From assembly GCA_964595565.1 (NCBI GenBank), contig CAZQQX010000005.1, positions 8,353 through 72,352 of the forward strand: a stretch of DNA of 64,000 nt, in the 5' to 3' direction. The notes under the pieces are model-generated. The model saw only the letters and a list, made by a program, of their open reading frames with translations. It ran no database searches and was not told the origin of the DNA. Each line of letters begins with the position of its first letter. Within the stretch, counting starts at the first letter, position 1. Positions 48,862 through 59,498 of the stretch are shown piece by piece. Source of the DNA: an uncultured Actinomycetota bacterium. GTDB taxonomy: Bacteria; Actinomycetota; Humimicrobiia; Humimicrobiales; Humimicrobiaceae. A program made the position numbers and the translations under genes.

Positions 48862-50322
48862 ATGAAAGAAAATAAATCAAGTTTTAGAAAAGGCGAAAAT
48901 ATAAATAAACAGAGAGAAGATGAATTATATTTCAAAAGACTCATAGAAAATTCTCCTGATATAATATACAGGTATAGATTGATTCCGGGCTTTAAATATG
49001 AGTATGTGAGTTCTTCAGTAGTTAAGAATCTTGGCTACTACCCGGAGCAGTTCTATAACGGCTCTACTTTCTGGCGTAAAGTTATCCATCCCGATGATAG
49101 ATTCATAATAAAGCAAATAAACAGTGGAGATTTTGATTACTCAAAACCCGTTGAAATACGTTTTATTCATAAAAACGGCAATACAGTCTGGTACGAGAAT
49201 AAAATAACCCCCATTTACAACGCCGGGGGTGAGCTGGAAGCAATAGAAGGAGTTCTTCGTGATATATCGGAGAGGAAGGCTACGGAGATGCACCTTTCCT
49301 ATTTATCGTTCCACGATAGTCTTACCGATTTATACAACCGGGCTTATTTTGAGGAAGAGTTAAATAGGCTGGATACAGAAAGGCAGCTGCCTCTGAGCGT
49401 TATTATCGGTGATGTAAATGGGTTAAAATTGATAAATGATGCTTTTGGCCACGATGAGGGGGATATAATACTGATAAGTTTTGCAAATGTTCTCAAGAGC
49501 TGTTGCAGGGCAGAGGATATTGTTGCAAGATGGGGCGGAGATGAGTTCTCAATGCTTCTTCCCAAAACAGGGGAAGAAGTTGCACAGAAGATTGAACAAA
49601 GAATTAAAGAAAGAGCTACAAAGGTAAGTGGAGGGAAAATACCCCTGAGTGTATCACTGGGTACATCAACCAAGCTTGAGAGTAAAGAGGATTTTTCTAA
49701 AATAACAAAAAAGGCAGAAGACAATATGTACAGCCAGAAACTCAGGGAAACAAAAAGTATTATTAGCTCCATAATCTCATCACTCGAAAAAACATTATTT
49801 GAAAAGAGTGTTAAGACTGAGAAACATACCAGGAGGATCAAAGAAATGTCCGTAAAGCTGGGGAGCTCTATTGGCCTGTCGGCTTCTGAAATTGACGAAT
49901 TATCTCTCCTGGCCACAATACATGATATAGGCAAAGTAGCGATTCTTGATATTATATTGAATAAAAAGGAAAACCTGAGCAAAAAGGAATGGGAAACCAT
50001 AAAGCGCCATCCCGAGATTGGTTACCGCATCGCATTATCTTCGCATCAGCTTTCAAGCATAGCAGAATATATTCTTACTGTTCATGAATGGTGGAATGGT
50101 AAGGGCTATCCCCAGGGACTTAAAGGTAAAGATATTCCTGTTCTCTCAAGAATAATAGCCATAGTTGATGCTTACGAGGTTATGGTAACAGGAAGGCCCT
50201 ATAAAAAAGCTATAAGTAAAAAGAAAGCGATAGCAGAACTTAAAAAATTCAGCGGCATACAGTTTGACCCCAATCTGGTAGAAAAATTTGTGGAAATTTT
50301 AGTGAGAAATAAGAGATATTAA
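48862..50322 (+). CDS. PAS-GGDEF-HD-GYP protein (canonical GGDEF)
   Basis: Paralog of 9420..11315 carrying RWGGDEF; HD-GYP motifs HDIGKV and HEWWNGKGYP. Confidence 0.8.
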   Translation: MKENKSSFRKGENINKQREDELYFKRLIENSPDIIYRYRLIPGFKYEYVSSSVVKNLGYYPEQFYNGSTFWRKVIHPDDRFIIKQINSGDFDYSKPVEIRFIHKNGNTVWYENKITPIYNAGGELEAIEGVLRDISERKATEMHLSYLSFHDSLTDLYNRAYFEEELNRLDTERQLPLSVIIGDVNGLKLINDAFGHDEGDIILISFANVLKSCCRAEDIVARWGGDEFSMLLPKTGEEVAQKIEQRIKERATKVSGGKIPLSVSLGTSTKLESKEDFSKITKKAEDNMYSQKLRETKSIISSIISSLEKTLFEKSVKTEKHTRRIKEMSVKLGSSIGLSASEIDELSLLATIHDIGKVAILDIILNKKENLSKKEWETIKRHPEIGYRIALSSHQLSSIAEYILTVHEWWNGKGYPQGLKGKDIPVLSRIIAIVDAYEVMVTGRPYKKAISKKKAIAELKKFSGIQFDPNLVEKFVEILVRNKRY

Positions 50323-50392
50323 ACCATAAACTTAAAGCATGTAAAGTTTTTTAAATAACAATAAGAAAAACTAAATAATAAAAGGTTATAAT

Positions 50393-51916
50393 ATGAAAAT
50401 AAAAGAATTAACCGAAAGATTTCTGGTTATATTAATAACACTATCAATTATTTTTGTTCTTATCTCGTGCAGCAGTAAAACTGCAGTAGATAGCAAATAT
50501 GAGATAGAAGAAGATATTGCCGGCACTGCCAGCGAAGAAGAGCGGGTTACGGAAACCCTGACGGGAGAAGTTCTATGGAAACTCACTACCCCCGGGGAAC
50601 AGTGGAAGGACATGGAACCCCCGGCTCTGCTGGGTGAGTATGATGGTAAGAGGGTGCATGTTACGGTAGATCCTTCTTCTACGAAACAGGAAATTGATGG
50701 TTTTGGAGGGGCATTCAATGAAAAAGGCTGGGAAGCCCTTCTGCTTCTTGACTCTGGTGAAAGAGAAGAAGTTATAAAGGAACTTTTTGACCCGCAGGAA
50801 GGCGCTAAATTTAATATCTGCAGGGTGCCTATCGGAGCGAGTGATTATGCAACCAGCCGCTATACGTTAAATGAGGTAGAAAATGATTTTGAGATGAGTA
50901 ATTTTTCTATTGAAAGAGACAGGGAATACCTTATACCCTATATAAAAAAGGCCATGGAATACAGGCCAGATTTAAAAATCTGGGCTTCGGTCTGGACCCC
51001 TCCAACATGGATGAAAACAAATGGGGAATTTGATGGGGGCAATATGAAAGATGACCCCGAGATATATGAAGCATTTGCCCTGTATCTTGTACGCTTTGTT
51101 GAGGAATACAGAAATGAAGGGATTGATATATTTGCAGTCGCTGTCCAGAATGAGCCCTATATTGAAAGAAACTATCCCAGTTGCCTGTGGACACCCGAAC
51201 AATTTCTGGGTTTTATAAGAGATTATATGGGACCTCTGTTTGAAGAGAGAGATGTGGGAGCAGAAATAATGCTGGGGACCATACAGGATGGCGAATATTC
51301 ATCATTCCCGGAAACTGTATTGAGTGACCCTGTGGCCAGAGACTATGTATCAATAGTGGGGTTCCAGTGGAGCGGAGTTAATTCTGTGTTATGGGTACGC
51401 AGCAATTATCCCGATAAAAAAATTATGCAGACAGAAACCGAGTGCGGCAATTTTTACTGGAAGCCTGGTTTTAATCCGGACCACCCCCAGAATGACTGGG
51501 AATATGGTGTGCATATCTGGGGTAAAATAAAGGAGTATTTTGATGAGGGAGTAAACTCATATCTCCTCTGGAATATGATACTTGATGAAGAAGGGAAGAG
51601 CATCGATTCAGAAAGTCCGTGGCCGCAAAATGCAGCAGTTGTTATTGATAAAAATACCGGAGAGGTGATTTATACCCCTATGTTCTACGCCTTCAAGCAT
51701 TTTACTTTTTTTGTAGAGAGCGGAGCAAGATATATTGACACAACAGCCATCAGTGTAGACGCTATATCCTTTTTAAATCCTGATGGAGATATTGTTGTCG
51801 TGGTACAAAATGCTGATGGCGAATCAAAAGATATAAGGATAGGGACGGATAAATACTGGCTCGATGTAACACTGCCTGAGACTTCCTGGAGTACTTTTGT
51901 TATATCACCTTTATAA
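50393..51916 (+). CDS. GH30 family glycoside hydrolase lipoprotein (glucosylceramidase/beta-1,6-glucanase/xylanase family)
   Basis: Lipobox LISCSS; GH30 blocks CRVPIGASDY, WASVWTPPTWMK and AVQNEP. Confidence 0.7.
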   Translation: MKIKELTERFLVILITLSIIFVLISCSSKTAVDSKYEIEEDIAGTASEEERVTETLTGEVLWKLTTPGEQWKDMEPPALLGEYDGKRVHVTVDPSSTKQEIDGFGGAFNEKGWEALLLLDSGEREEVIKELFDPQEGAKFNICRVPIGASDYATSRYTLNEVENDFEMSNFSIERDREYLIPYIKKAMEYRPDLKIWASVWTPPTWMKTNGEFDGGNMKDDPEIYEAFALYLVRFVEEYRNEGIDIFAVAVQNEPYIERNYPSCLWTPEQFLGFIRDYMGPLFEERDVGAEIMLGTIQDGEYSSFPETVLSDPVARDYVSIVGFQWSGVNSVLWVRSNYPDKKIMQTETECGNFYWKPGFNPDHPQNDWEYGVHIWGKIKEYFDEGVNSYLLWNMILDEEGKSIDSESPWPQNAAVVIDKNTGEVIYTPMFYAFKHFTFFVESGARYIDTTAISVDAISFLNPDGDIVVVVQNADGESKDIRIGTDKYWLDVTLPETSWSTFVISPL

Positions 51917-52013
51917 TTTCAGGTATTCTTTTGCCATTCTCTGCTGGAAAAATTAGCTTATATTAAATTATTACCCATGCATTTATGCAGGGTGGCCTGG
52001 AAACATATAGATA

Positions 52014-52433
52014 TTACTGTGAGTGTTTCGGTATTGCATGCTTCTTTCTGCGGAATCCCAGTTTATTTGCCCAGTTTTCAGGATATCCTCTGTAGTAAGA
52101 GGCACTGTCAAGTTTTAGTAATTTCCATGCAAATGCTCTTATTATTGAAGGAAGCCCGACAATTATAATGTATAACCAGCCCAGATAAAGAGATTGCAGG
52201 GAATGCCCGTATTCATGTTTTTTTGTCTTTTCGTCACTGGAGTATCCTGTATTTAAAATAATAAATCTGCCAAGTGAGATGGCTCCCGGAAATTTTTTTA
52301 CGTAGAATAGGCGTGCATCTTTAAAAGATTCATGTCCGGTGATCTTCCTGCCAAGAAAAAAAATCATGGAACCGGCAAGAAGAGTTTGTGGTAGTTCCCA
52401 GATAGTAATCAAAATTCTTAAAAATTTATTCAT
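52014..52433 (-). CDS. small membrane protein with an HExxH motif (DUF3267-like putative zincin)
   Basis: HEYGH sits between TM helices; 139 aa. The family assignment is from memory. Confidence 0.4.
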   Translation of the reverse strand: MNKFLRILITIWELPQTLLAGSMIFFLGRKITGHESFKDARLFYVKKFPGAISLGRFIILNTGYSSDEKTKKHEYGHSLQSLYLGWLYIIIVGLPSIIRAFAWKLLKLDSASYYRGYPENWANKLGFRRKKHAIPKHSQ

Positions 52434-52751
52434 TTTCTAAACATTTCTCTAAATTATATTATCAGTTGTCCATGAAAATACATGTCTATAAATATTAACC
52501 CAATAAAACTTTGCGCGCCATAATATTTTTATTAATAACATTTAGTGACTAAAACTATTAGCAAACTCTGTCAATAATTTATCTATCCGTGCCTGCTGGT
52601 AAACAATAGCCATAAGTTTGCGGTTCTCCGGTATTACAGGAATGTTTTATCATAGTACTGTTATTGGTTTTATTTTTATGATAGTCTGAAAAGCATTAAA
52701 AATTTAATGTTCCATCTATTATAAACCTAATGGGAACTGGGATCATGTCAG

Positions 52752-53918
52752 GTGATGAATATGAAACTTAAAATTTTAGTTTCTCCGGATAAATATAAAG
52801 GCAGTCTTTCGGCGGTTGAAGTTTGTGACATAATAAAAAAAAGCATACTTGAAGTTGACAGCGGCATAGATGTGATTGTAAATCCTATTGCTGATGGCGG
52901 AGAGGGGACAGTCAGTACTCTGGTAGAGGGCTATAATGGAAGATATGTGAGCTTAAAAGTTACTGGCCCTCTGGGGGACCCGATAAAGGCAAAGTTCGGG
53001 ATAATAGGGGATTCTGCTGCTGTAATTGAAATGGCTTCTGCATCCGGGCTGGTCCTGGTACCTCCGGAGAAGAGGAACCCCATGGAAACAACAACTTACG
53101 GAACCGGGGAACTTATAAAAAAAGCACTGGACATGAGTTGCAAAAAAATAATAACAGGCATTGGGGGGAGTGCGACCAACGATGGCGGACTGGGCATGGC
53201 CGGAGCCCTTGGATATAAATTCTATGATAAAAAGGGAAGAAAGCTGGGGCAGGGAGGCAGGGAACTTATAAATCTTTACCGTATTGATGTATCTGATGTT
53301 AATCTGCTTATTTCATCCTGTGAATTTGAGGTTGCAGTTGATGTTATGAACCCCCTTACCGGTAAGGATGGCGCAGCTTATGTGTATGGGCCACAAAAGG
53401 GCGCTGATAGTAAAATGGTCAGGGAACTTGACAGGGGACTTGAAAATTTTGCAGAAGTTGTAAAAAAGGAACTGGGAAAGGATGTAAGAAAAATTAAAGG
53501 CTCGGGCGCAGCAGGCGGGCTGGGTGCGGGGATGTTTGCTTTTTTAAATGCTAAAATAAAAAATGGTATTGATGTTATTATTGAAGCAACAGGACTTGAG
53601 GAAAAAATAAAAAATTCTGACCTGGTAATTACCGGTGAAGGTGCACTGGACATGCAGACATTTTTTGGCAAAGGTGTCTGTGGTATAGGAAGACTGGCTA
53701 AAAAATATAATAAGCCGGTTATAACAATCAATGGTTCCGTGCTAATAAATAGAAATGAACTCAATAGAAGCTCGCGTAGTTTAACCAGCGGAAATTTTTC
53801 AATAATAAACAGACCCATGAATCTTGAGCAGGCAGTTAAGGATGCTAAAGAATTGCTTAAAGGCCAGACAAAGGAATTAATTTTATTTTATTTAACTGCT
53901 TTAAGAAAAAACCGATAA
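52752..53918 (+). CDS. glycerate kinase (GlxK/GarK family)
   Basis: N-terminal KILVSPDKYKGSLSA...IADGGEGT is the family signature; 388 aa. Confidence 0.8.
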   Translation: MMNMKLKILVSPDKYKGSLSAVEVCDIIKKSILEVDSGIDVIVNPIADGGEGTVSTLVEGYNGRYVSLKVTGPLGDPIKAKFGIIGDSAAVIEMASASGLVLVPPEKRNPMETTTYGTGELIKKALDMSCKKIITGIGGSATNDGGLGMAGALGYKFYDKKGRKLGQGGRELINLYRIDVSDVNLLISSCEFEVAVDVMNPLTGKDGAAYVYGPQKGADSKMVRELDRGLENFAEVVKKELGKDVRKIKGSGAAGGLGAGMFAFLNAKIKNGIDVIIEATGLEEKIKNSDLVITGEGALDMQTFFGKGVCGIGRLAKKYNKPVITINGSVLINRNELNRSSRSLTSGNFSIINRPMNLEQAVKDAKELLKGQTKELILFYLTALRKNR

Positions 53919-53981
53919 AAAAACACCGGGCAAAATCGTTGCTGCGGGGGCTTCTGGTCAACTGCTGGAAGGAAGGGAAAA

Positions 53982-55523
53982 CTACCCTTCACCTGCTGAC
54001 TTTGCACTATACATAGCGGCATCAGCAATGGAGAGTAATCGCTCTGCATCTTTACCATCAGATGGATACGAAGCAATACCTATGCTCGCAGAAACAGATA
54101 CCCGGGTTCCATCAGGAATTATAAATGGGCTGCCTCTAAGAGTAGAAAGGATTCTTTTTGAAACATTTACTGCGTTTAAATTATTTGTTTCAAGAAGTAC
54201 AACGGCAAATTCATCTCCCCCATATCTTCCCACCACATCAATATTACGACATGAATTCAGAATAGCTCCGGCTGCAATACAGAGAATTTCGTCTCCTGAC
54301 GAATGGCCGTAAGTATCATTAAATGATTTAAAGTTATCTATATCTATCATTAAGACAGACAATTGTTTATGTAACCGTTCTGCTCGTATTATTTCCTTTC
54401 GAAGGTAATTATCAAAATAACGTCTGTTCCAGACTTTTGTCAGGTAGTCAGTAGTTGCCAGTTTTCTGGTTTCTTCATAAAGACAGGAGTTTTCAACAGC
54501 AACTGCTGCCTGGTCAGCCAGGAGGGAGAGTAAATTAATTTCCTCTTCACTGAATTTATGGGACCGTCTGAAAGCCACATTAAGAACACCGGTCAGCCCC
54601 AGTTTTCCTTTTAGTGGTAGTCCGGCAGTTGACTGCACGCCCCATCTTTTTGCCCGGGGTGTAGAGAAAAGAGGGTGGGATTTTGCTTTCTCTATAATTA
54701 CAGGTTTTCGAGCATTAAGCACTGTGGTTGATAATCCCTGTTTCCTGGGCCAGGTTACCGGGTGTTTCCCGGCCTGAGGTGGAGAGGCTTCTGCACGATG
54801 GGTAAATTTTCCAGTTTTGGGGTCAAAGGCATATATATGTACATAATCTCCATCTATTAATTCCAGAGTACTTTCCGCGATACATTGAAGAAGGCTGGTT
54901 AGGTTTAAAGAAGAAGTTAGCTCCATTCCTATTTTTTGTAAAGTCGTCATTGCTTTTAAATGTCTCTGTGATTCGCTATATAACCTCGCATTCTCAATAG
55001 CAACGGCTGTATAGTTGGCGATAGATGACAGAATTCCAATTGAATGCTCATTATAAGCATTATTACTTTTGTAGCTCTGGACAGCCAGAGCGCCTACTAC
55101 ATTATTGCCAATAGAAATAGGGACAGCAGCATAACTTTTAGCATTCTTGTCTATTGATACTATATTGAGTTTCTTATATGTTCCAGCTACGTTTTTCCTG
55201 ATAACAAGAGATTTATTATTACGAATTACATATTCGGTTCGCCCTTTACCAAATTTACGGCTTTTTCTACCATGAGGGCGGGGCTTTCCATTTAACATAT
55301 CAATAACATTATATAATTCTTCTTTCTCCCGGTCATAGAGGGAAATATAGAGGCTGGATACTTCCATTACCCTGCAGGCCTGATAGTAGATCAATTCCCA
55401 TAGCTCATCAAGATTTATGGTTGATGCTATAGCAACACCGATTTCATTGAGGGTAGCAAGCTCCCTTATACGCTGCTGCACTCTGTTTTCAAGTTTTTTA
55501 TTTCTGGTAGTGCTATTATTCAT
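53982..55523 (-). CDS. GAF-GAF-GGDEF diguanylate cyclase
   Basis: Two GAF-like regions, then YNRRYF and RYGGDEFAVVL. Confidence 0.8.
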   Translation of the reverse strand: MNNSTTRNKKLENRVQQRIRELATLNEIGVAIASTINLDELWELIYYQACRVMEVSSLYISLYDREKEELYNVIDMLNGKPRPHGRKSRKFGKGRTEYVIRNNKSLVIRKNVAGTYKKLNIVSIDKNAKSYAAVPISIGNNVVGALAVQSYKSNNAYNEHSIGILSSIANYTAVAIENARLYSESQRHLKAMTTLQKIGMELTSSLNLTSLLQCIAESTLELIDGDYVHIYAFDPKTGKFTHRAEASPPQAGKHPVTWPRKQGLSTTVLNARKPVIIEKAKSHPLFSTPRAKRWGVQSTAGLPLKGKLGLTGVLNVAFRRSHKFSEEEINLLSLLADQAAVAVENSCLYEETRKLATTDYLTKVWNRRYFDNYLRKEIIRAERLHKQLSVLMIDIDNFKSFNDTYGHSSGDEILCIAAGAILNSCRNIDVVGRYGGDEFAVVLLETNNLNAVNVSKRILSTLRGSPFIIPDGTRVSVSASIGIASYPSDGKDAERLLSIADAAMYSAKSAGEG

Positions 55524-56302
55524 ATATATATATAAATACTTATATTAAATGTTAATTTCTTTATTTAATACTGTAATATAATCTCATATTTTCAATAAAA
55601 AACAAAGAAAAATTATTTACAATTTACTTTGATGGTAAAACGTATTATGAATGCATTTAAGCCGGGTAAAAGAGTTTGAGGAATGGATGGAAAAACAGAA
55701 TTAATTAATAATTGTAAGTGGCACAGTTTTCTATTGAAATATGGCACAATTTTGGATTGTAAAATACATTTAGAACATTTAGTTGTAAACACAGCTCTTA
55801 AGTAGTTCACATAAACATTCCTGTGTTAAATATCACAGTTATATAGGTTGTTTATTATTATAAATAAAACCGGTTTATTATTTTATGAATATATTATTAT
55901 GAACGTGTAACACCATATTTATATTAGGTAATTACTTGATTTAATAATTGAGCTGTGTAATATTAGTCAATAAATATACTTATTAACAGGGGGTCTTTAG
56001 AAGTATATTTTATGCCTGAAAAACTTTAATTTTAGTGTTTTAAACAATTTATATATTATCAAAAATATCAACTTGGTTATTTGAGGGGCTTATGAATTAT
56101 GTTAAAAATTAAATGGAAGGGAGCAGAGTTATGAATAGCTGGAAGGGGGGATAAACTCAATATTTATATAGGAATATGAGTGATTAGAGAATCTGTAAAT
56201 CAACATCAATATTAAGATTTATTATTGCTATTTTATGAACTTACAATTTTAGCTTTAAAATAGTGTGTTTTAACTTTTTTTTAACAAAATTAATCTTAAA
56301 AC

Positions 56303-56331
56303 TTGACAATATTGATATAATAATATTTAAT
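56303..56331 (+). promoter_or_regulatory. candidate sigma70 promoter for the DeoR regulator operon (TTGACA at 56303-56308, about 17 nt, TTTAAT)
   Basis: Read from the sequence; lies within a very AT-rich ~860 bp divergent intergenic region. Confidence 0.25.
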
Positions 56332-56387
56332 TTATGTTATATTAATCATATTTGTTGATATTTTAATTAAATTTAACTAATAAAATT

Positions 56388-57164
56388 ATGCATGAAAAAC
56401 AAAAAAACAGAATAAAAAATATCCTTAACTTATTACAGCAAAAGGAAAAAGCTACGATATCGGAGATTTCAAGTATCTTGAATGTTTCAGATATGACCGT
56501 AAGAAGAGATTTAAAGGAGATGGAGAAAGAAGGGTTCATCAAGCGAATGCATGGAGGGGCAGTTTTATCCAGTGGTTCTATCACGATAGAAGATCCCTAC
56601 ATGATTAATAAAGAAACAACCAGAAATATTCGGCAGAAAAGCTTGATTGGAGAAAAAGCTGCATCTCTTATTAAACCAAACGAAACTGTATTCTTTGATT
56701 CAGGGTCTACCACTTTTTTTGTAGCTAAATATGCGAATAAAAAAGTACCGTTTACCGCAGTCTGCTACACTTTCAAAAATGCTATTGAGTTCTATAAGTG
56801 GAAGGATGTAAACCTGGTGTTGCTGGGAGGATTTCTCCACCGTGACTCCAATATATTTCAAAGTGTAAATAGTACTTCTCAGATCAGTAGTATTAGAGCA
56901 GACAAGGCTTTTATTTCATCGGCAGGTGTAGATGAAGCACTTGGGCTTACGACATTCTTTTATTTTGAAGCGGATATAAAAAAAGCTATGATTGCTTCTG
57001 CAAAGCAAAAAATCCTGGTAGTCGATTCGAGCAAGTTTGGCAAGGTAAGCGTAACCTTTTTTGCAAACCTGGATGAGATAGACATGGTAATAACGGATGA
57101 AGGGATTTCGGAAGAGTACAGGGAGATAATCAGGTCAAAGAATATAGAACTCTGTATTGCCTGA
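56388..57164 (+). CDS. DeoR/GlpR-family transcriptional regulator
   Basis: DeoR HTH ISSILNVSDMTVRRDLKEMEKEG plus a C-terminal sugar-phosphate sensor domain. Confidence 0.8.
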   Translation: MHEKQKNRIKNILNLLQQKEKATISEISSILNVSDMTVRRDLKEMEKEGFIKRMHGGAVLSSGSITIEDPYMINKETTRNIRQKSLIGEKAASLIKPNETVFFDSGSTTFFVAKYANKKVPFTAVCYTFKNAIEFYKWKDVNLVLLGGFLHRDSNIFQSVNSTSQISSIRADKAFISSAGVDEALGLTTFFYFEADIKKAMIASAKQKILVVDSSKFGKVSVTFFANLDEIDMVITDEGISEEYREIIRSKNIELCIA

Positions 57165-57182
57165 AATATCAAGAATAAAAAA

Positions 57183-57950
57183 ATGAAGTTCGATTTTACA
57201 AATAAGACTGTTATTGTAACGGGAGGCTCGGGCGGTATCGGAGCAAGTATAAGTACTGAATTTGCAGCTGCTGGAGCCAATGTAGTCGTAGATTATCTTC
57301 CAATAAAATCCGATATAGAAGGTCTGGAATCGATAGAAGCTGTCATGAAGAAAAAAGGTTGGAGCTATAGAACATTTGCTGGAGATATAACCTCGCAGAC
57401 GGAGATGGAAAAATTATGTTCAATGGCTATAAATGATTTTGGTTCAATAGATATTCTTATAAATAGCGCAGGATTTACCGAGCCTAAAAATTCAATGGAT
57501 TTGTCTCTGGACCTCTGGAATAAGGGAGTAGAAGTAAACCTGACTGGAGCATTTATAATAACTAAAGAGGTATTGAAGTATATGATTCCCAGAGGTAAAG
57601 GAAGAATTATATATATAGGCTCTTCTGGTTCCATAACCGGGGGAGGAGGCGCTGCTTTCTATTCTGCAGCAAAGGCAGGTATTAATGGACTGGTACGTTT
57701 TATGTCCAAAGAGCTGGCTCACAAAGGCATAACTTTCAATGCGATTCTGCCGGCTCTTATTGAAACAAGTCTTCTTACCCACAGACAACCTGATCCTTTA
57801 AAACGTAAAGAGTTGATAAAACGAATCCCTGTAGGTAGATTTGGACAACCCGAAGATGTAGCTTACCTTACCCTTTTTATAGCTTCAGACTATGCAGGGT
57901 TTATTAGTGGCCAGCAAATAATAATAGATGGAGGCTCTACATTTAAATAA
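57183..57950 (+). CDS. SDR-family oxidoreductase
   Basis: TGGSGGIGASI Rossmann motif, NSAG, and a YxxxK region. Confidence 0.75.
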   Translation: MKFDFTNKTVIVTGGSGGIGASISTEFAAAGANVVVDYLPIKSDIEGLESIEAVMKKKGWSYRTFAGDITSQTEMEKLCSMAINDFGSIDILINSAGFTEPKNSMDLSLDLWNKGVEVNLTGAFIITKEVLKYMIPRGKGRIIYIGSSGSITGGGGAAFYSAAKAGINGLVRFMSKELAHKGITFNAILPALIETSLLTHRQPDPLKRKELIKRIPVGRFGQPEDVAYLTLFIASDYAGFISGQQIIIDGGSTFK

Positions 57951-58006
57951 TAATTGAAAATATATGAAAAACTTATAGTAATTTTATATAAAACGTTAAG
58001 GAGGTT

Positions 58007-58570
58007 TTGATGGACAAGGAAAAAATGATGCAGATCGCTTTTGATAAGGGCTCAAATTATGAGCATGATTATCGGGGATGCAATCAGTGTGCCATAGCTG
58101 CAATACAGGATGCTCTCGGGATAAGGAATGATTTTGTATATAAAGCAGGAAGCGGTCTTGCCGGAGGACTTGGTGAATGTACAGATGGTGTCTGTGGTAG
58201 TTATTCAGGAGGGGCAATGATGATAAGTCTCTTTTTTGGGAGAACCAGAAAAGAAGAAGCTACAGAAAAAGGAAGAGAAGATAAGTATGTCTCGTTCCAT
58301 CTTACCGCAGCTCTGCATGATAAGTTTATGAAAAAATATGGAAGCGTGACCTGCTCGGATTTGCACAAGAAATTTTTTGGAAGGTCTTTTGATCTGAGAA
58401 ATGATGAGGATAAAGAGTTATTTAGAAAAGCAGGCGCACATGATATGGACAAGTGTTGCGGCGCCGTAGGTGATGGAGCAAGATGGGCTGTGGAAATTAT
58501 TCTTGATGAAATGGAAAAAAGAGGTCTCACGCTAGAGGATTTGAAAGAGTTTGAATATATAGAAAAGTAG
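58007..58570 (+). CDS. C_GCAxxG_C_C family putative redox-active protein
   Basis: Cys pattern C..C......CGAV.DG... with a strong RBS AAGGAGG. Confidence 0.5.
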   Translation: MMDKEKMMQIAFDKGSNYEHDYRGCNQCAIAAIQDALGIRNDFVYKAGSGLAGGLGECTDGVCGSYSGGAMMISLFFGRTRKEEATEKGREDKYVSFHLTAALHDKFMKKYGSVTCSDLHKKFFGRSFDLRNDEDKELFRKAGAHDMDKCCGAVGDGARWAVEIILDEMEKRGLTLEDLKEFEYIEK

Positions 58571-58606
58571 AAAAATTAATAAATAAGAAAACGAAGGAGG
58601 TGCACC

Positions 58607-59485
58607 ATGCCAGAGGCAGATAAAGAAGGGAAAAAGTTTTATAAAGGGGTCGCACAAAAGTCTGAACTTTTTTATATCAAAGGTTCTACTGAACTTGACT
58701 GGGGAATGAAAAATAGACTGGCCAGAATTTTTAATCCCAAAGATGGGAAAACAGTTATGCTTGCTATAGATCATGGGTATTTTCAGGGTCCTACATCGGG
58801 ACTGGAGCGAATAGATATTAATATATTGCCACTTGTTCCTTATGTTGATTGTTTAATGTTAACAAGAGGCATTCTTCGCTCAATAGTACCGCCTTCTGTT
58901 AATAAACCCATAGTAATAAGAGCATCCGGAGGTCCAAGTATTTTGAAAGAACTTTCGGATGAACAGATAGCCATGGATATTGAAGACTGCATCCGTCTGG
59001 GTGTTAGTGCTACAGCCATACAGGTGTTTATAGGCGGTGAGTATGAAACACGTTCTGTGATAAACATGACGAAGCTTGTAGATGCAGGACTTAGATATGG
59101 TATTCCAACTATGGCAGTTACTGCTGTTGGAAAGGAAATGACGCGTGATGCAAGGTATTTCCGACTTGCAACGAGAATGTGTGCCGAGCTTGGAGCTAAC
59201 TATATTAAAACCTATTACATTGAAGAAGGATTTGAAACAGTAACCTCATCCTGCCCGGTACCCATAGTTATTGCCGGAGGTAAGAAAATTAACGAAATAG
59301 ATGCTCTTAAGATGGCCTACCGTGCAATAAATGAAGGAGCAGCCGGTGTGGATATGGGGAGAAACATCTTCCAGTCAGATTCACCAGTTGGTATGGCCCG
59401 GGCAATCAGGGCAATTGTTCATGAGAATATGAAGCCAGAAGAAGCCTATAATTTGTATGAAAATGTCAAGAATTCAAAACAATAA
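58607..59485 (+). CDS. lsrF: LsrF-like class I aldolase-fold enzyme (3-hydroxy-5-phosphonooxypentane-2,4-dione thiolase family)
   Basis: From memory, matches E. coli LsrF along its length ([48 protein letters not shown]...IPTMAVT...IKTYY...[10 protein letters not shown]...[11 protein letters not shown]). Strong RBS GAAGGAGG. Confidence 0.75.
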   Translation: MPEADKEGKKFYKGVAQKSELFYIKGSTELDWGMKNRLARIFNPKDGKTVMLAIDHGYFQGPTSGLERIDINILPLVPYVDCLMLTRGILRSIVPPSVNKPIVIRASGGPSILKELSDEQIAMDIEDCIRLGVSATAIQVFIGGEYETRSVINMTKLVDAGLRYGIPTMAVTAVGKEMTRDARYFRLATRMCAELGANYIKTYYIEEGFETVTSSCPVPIVIAGGKKINEIDALKMAYRAINEGAAGVDMGRNIFQSDSPVGMARAIRAIVHENMKPEEAYNLYENVKNSKQ

Positions 59486-59498
59486 GTAAGTTGGTAAG

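Noticed and set aside
51970-52000. Hairpin CCCATGCAT-tt-ATGCAGGG after the GH30 gene, considered as a terminator
   Set aside because: It has an imperfect stem with no following U-tract on the plus strand, and it overlaps the 3' end region of the minus-strand gene. It is too weak to call.
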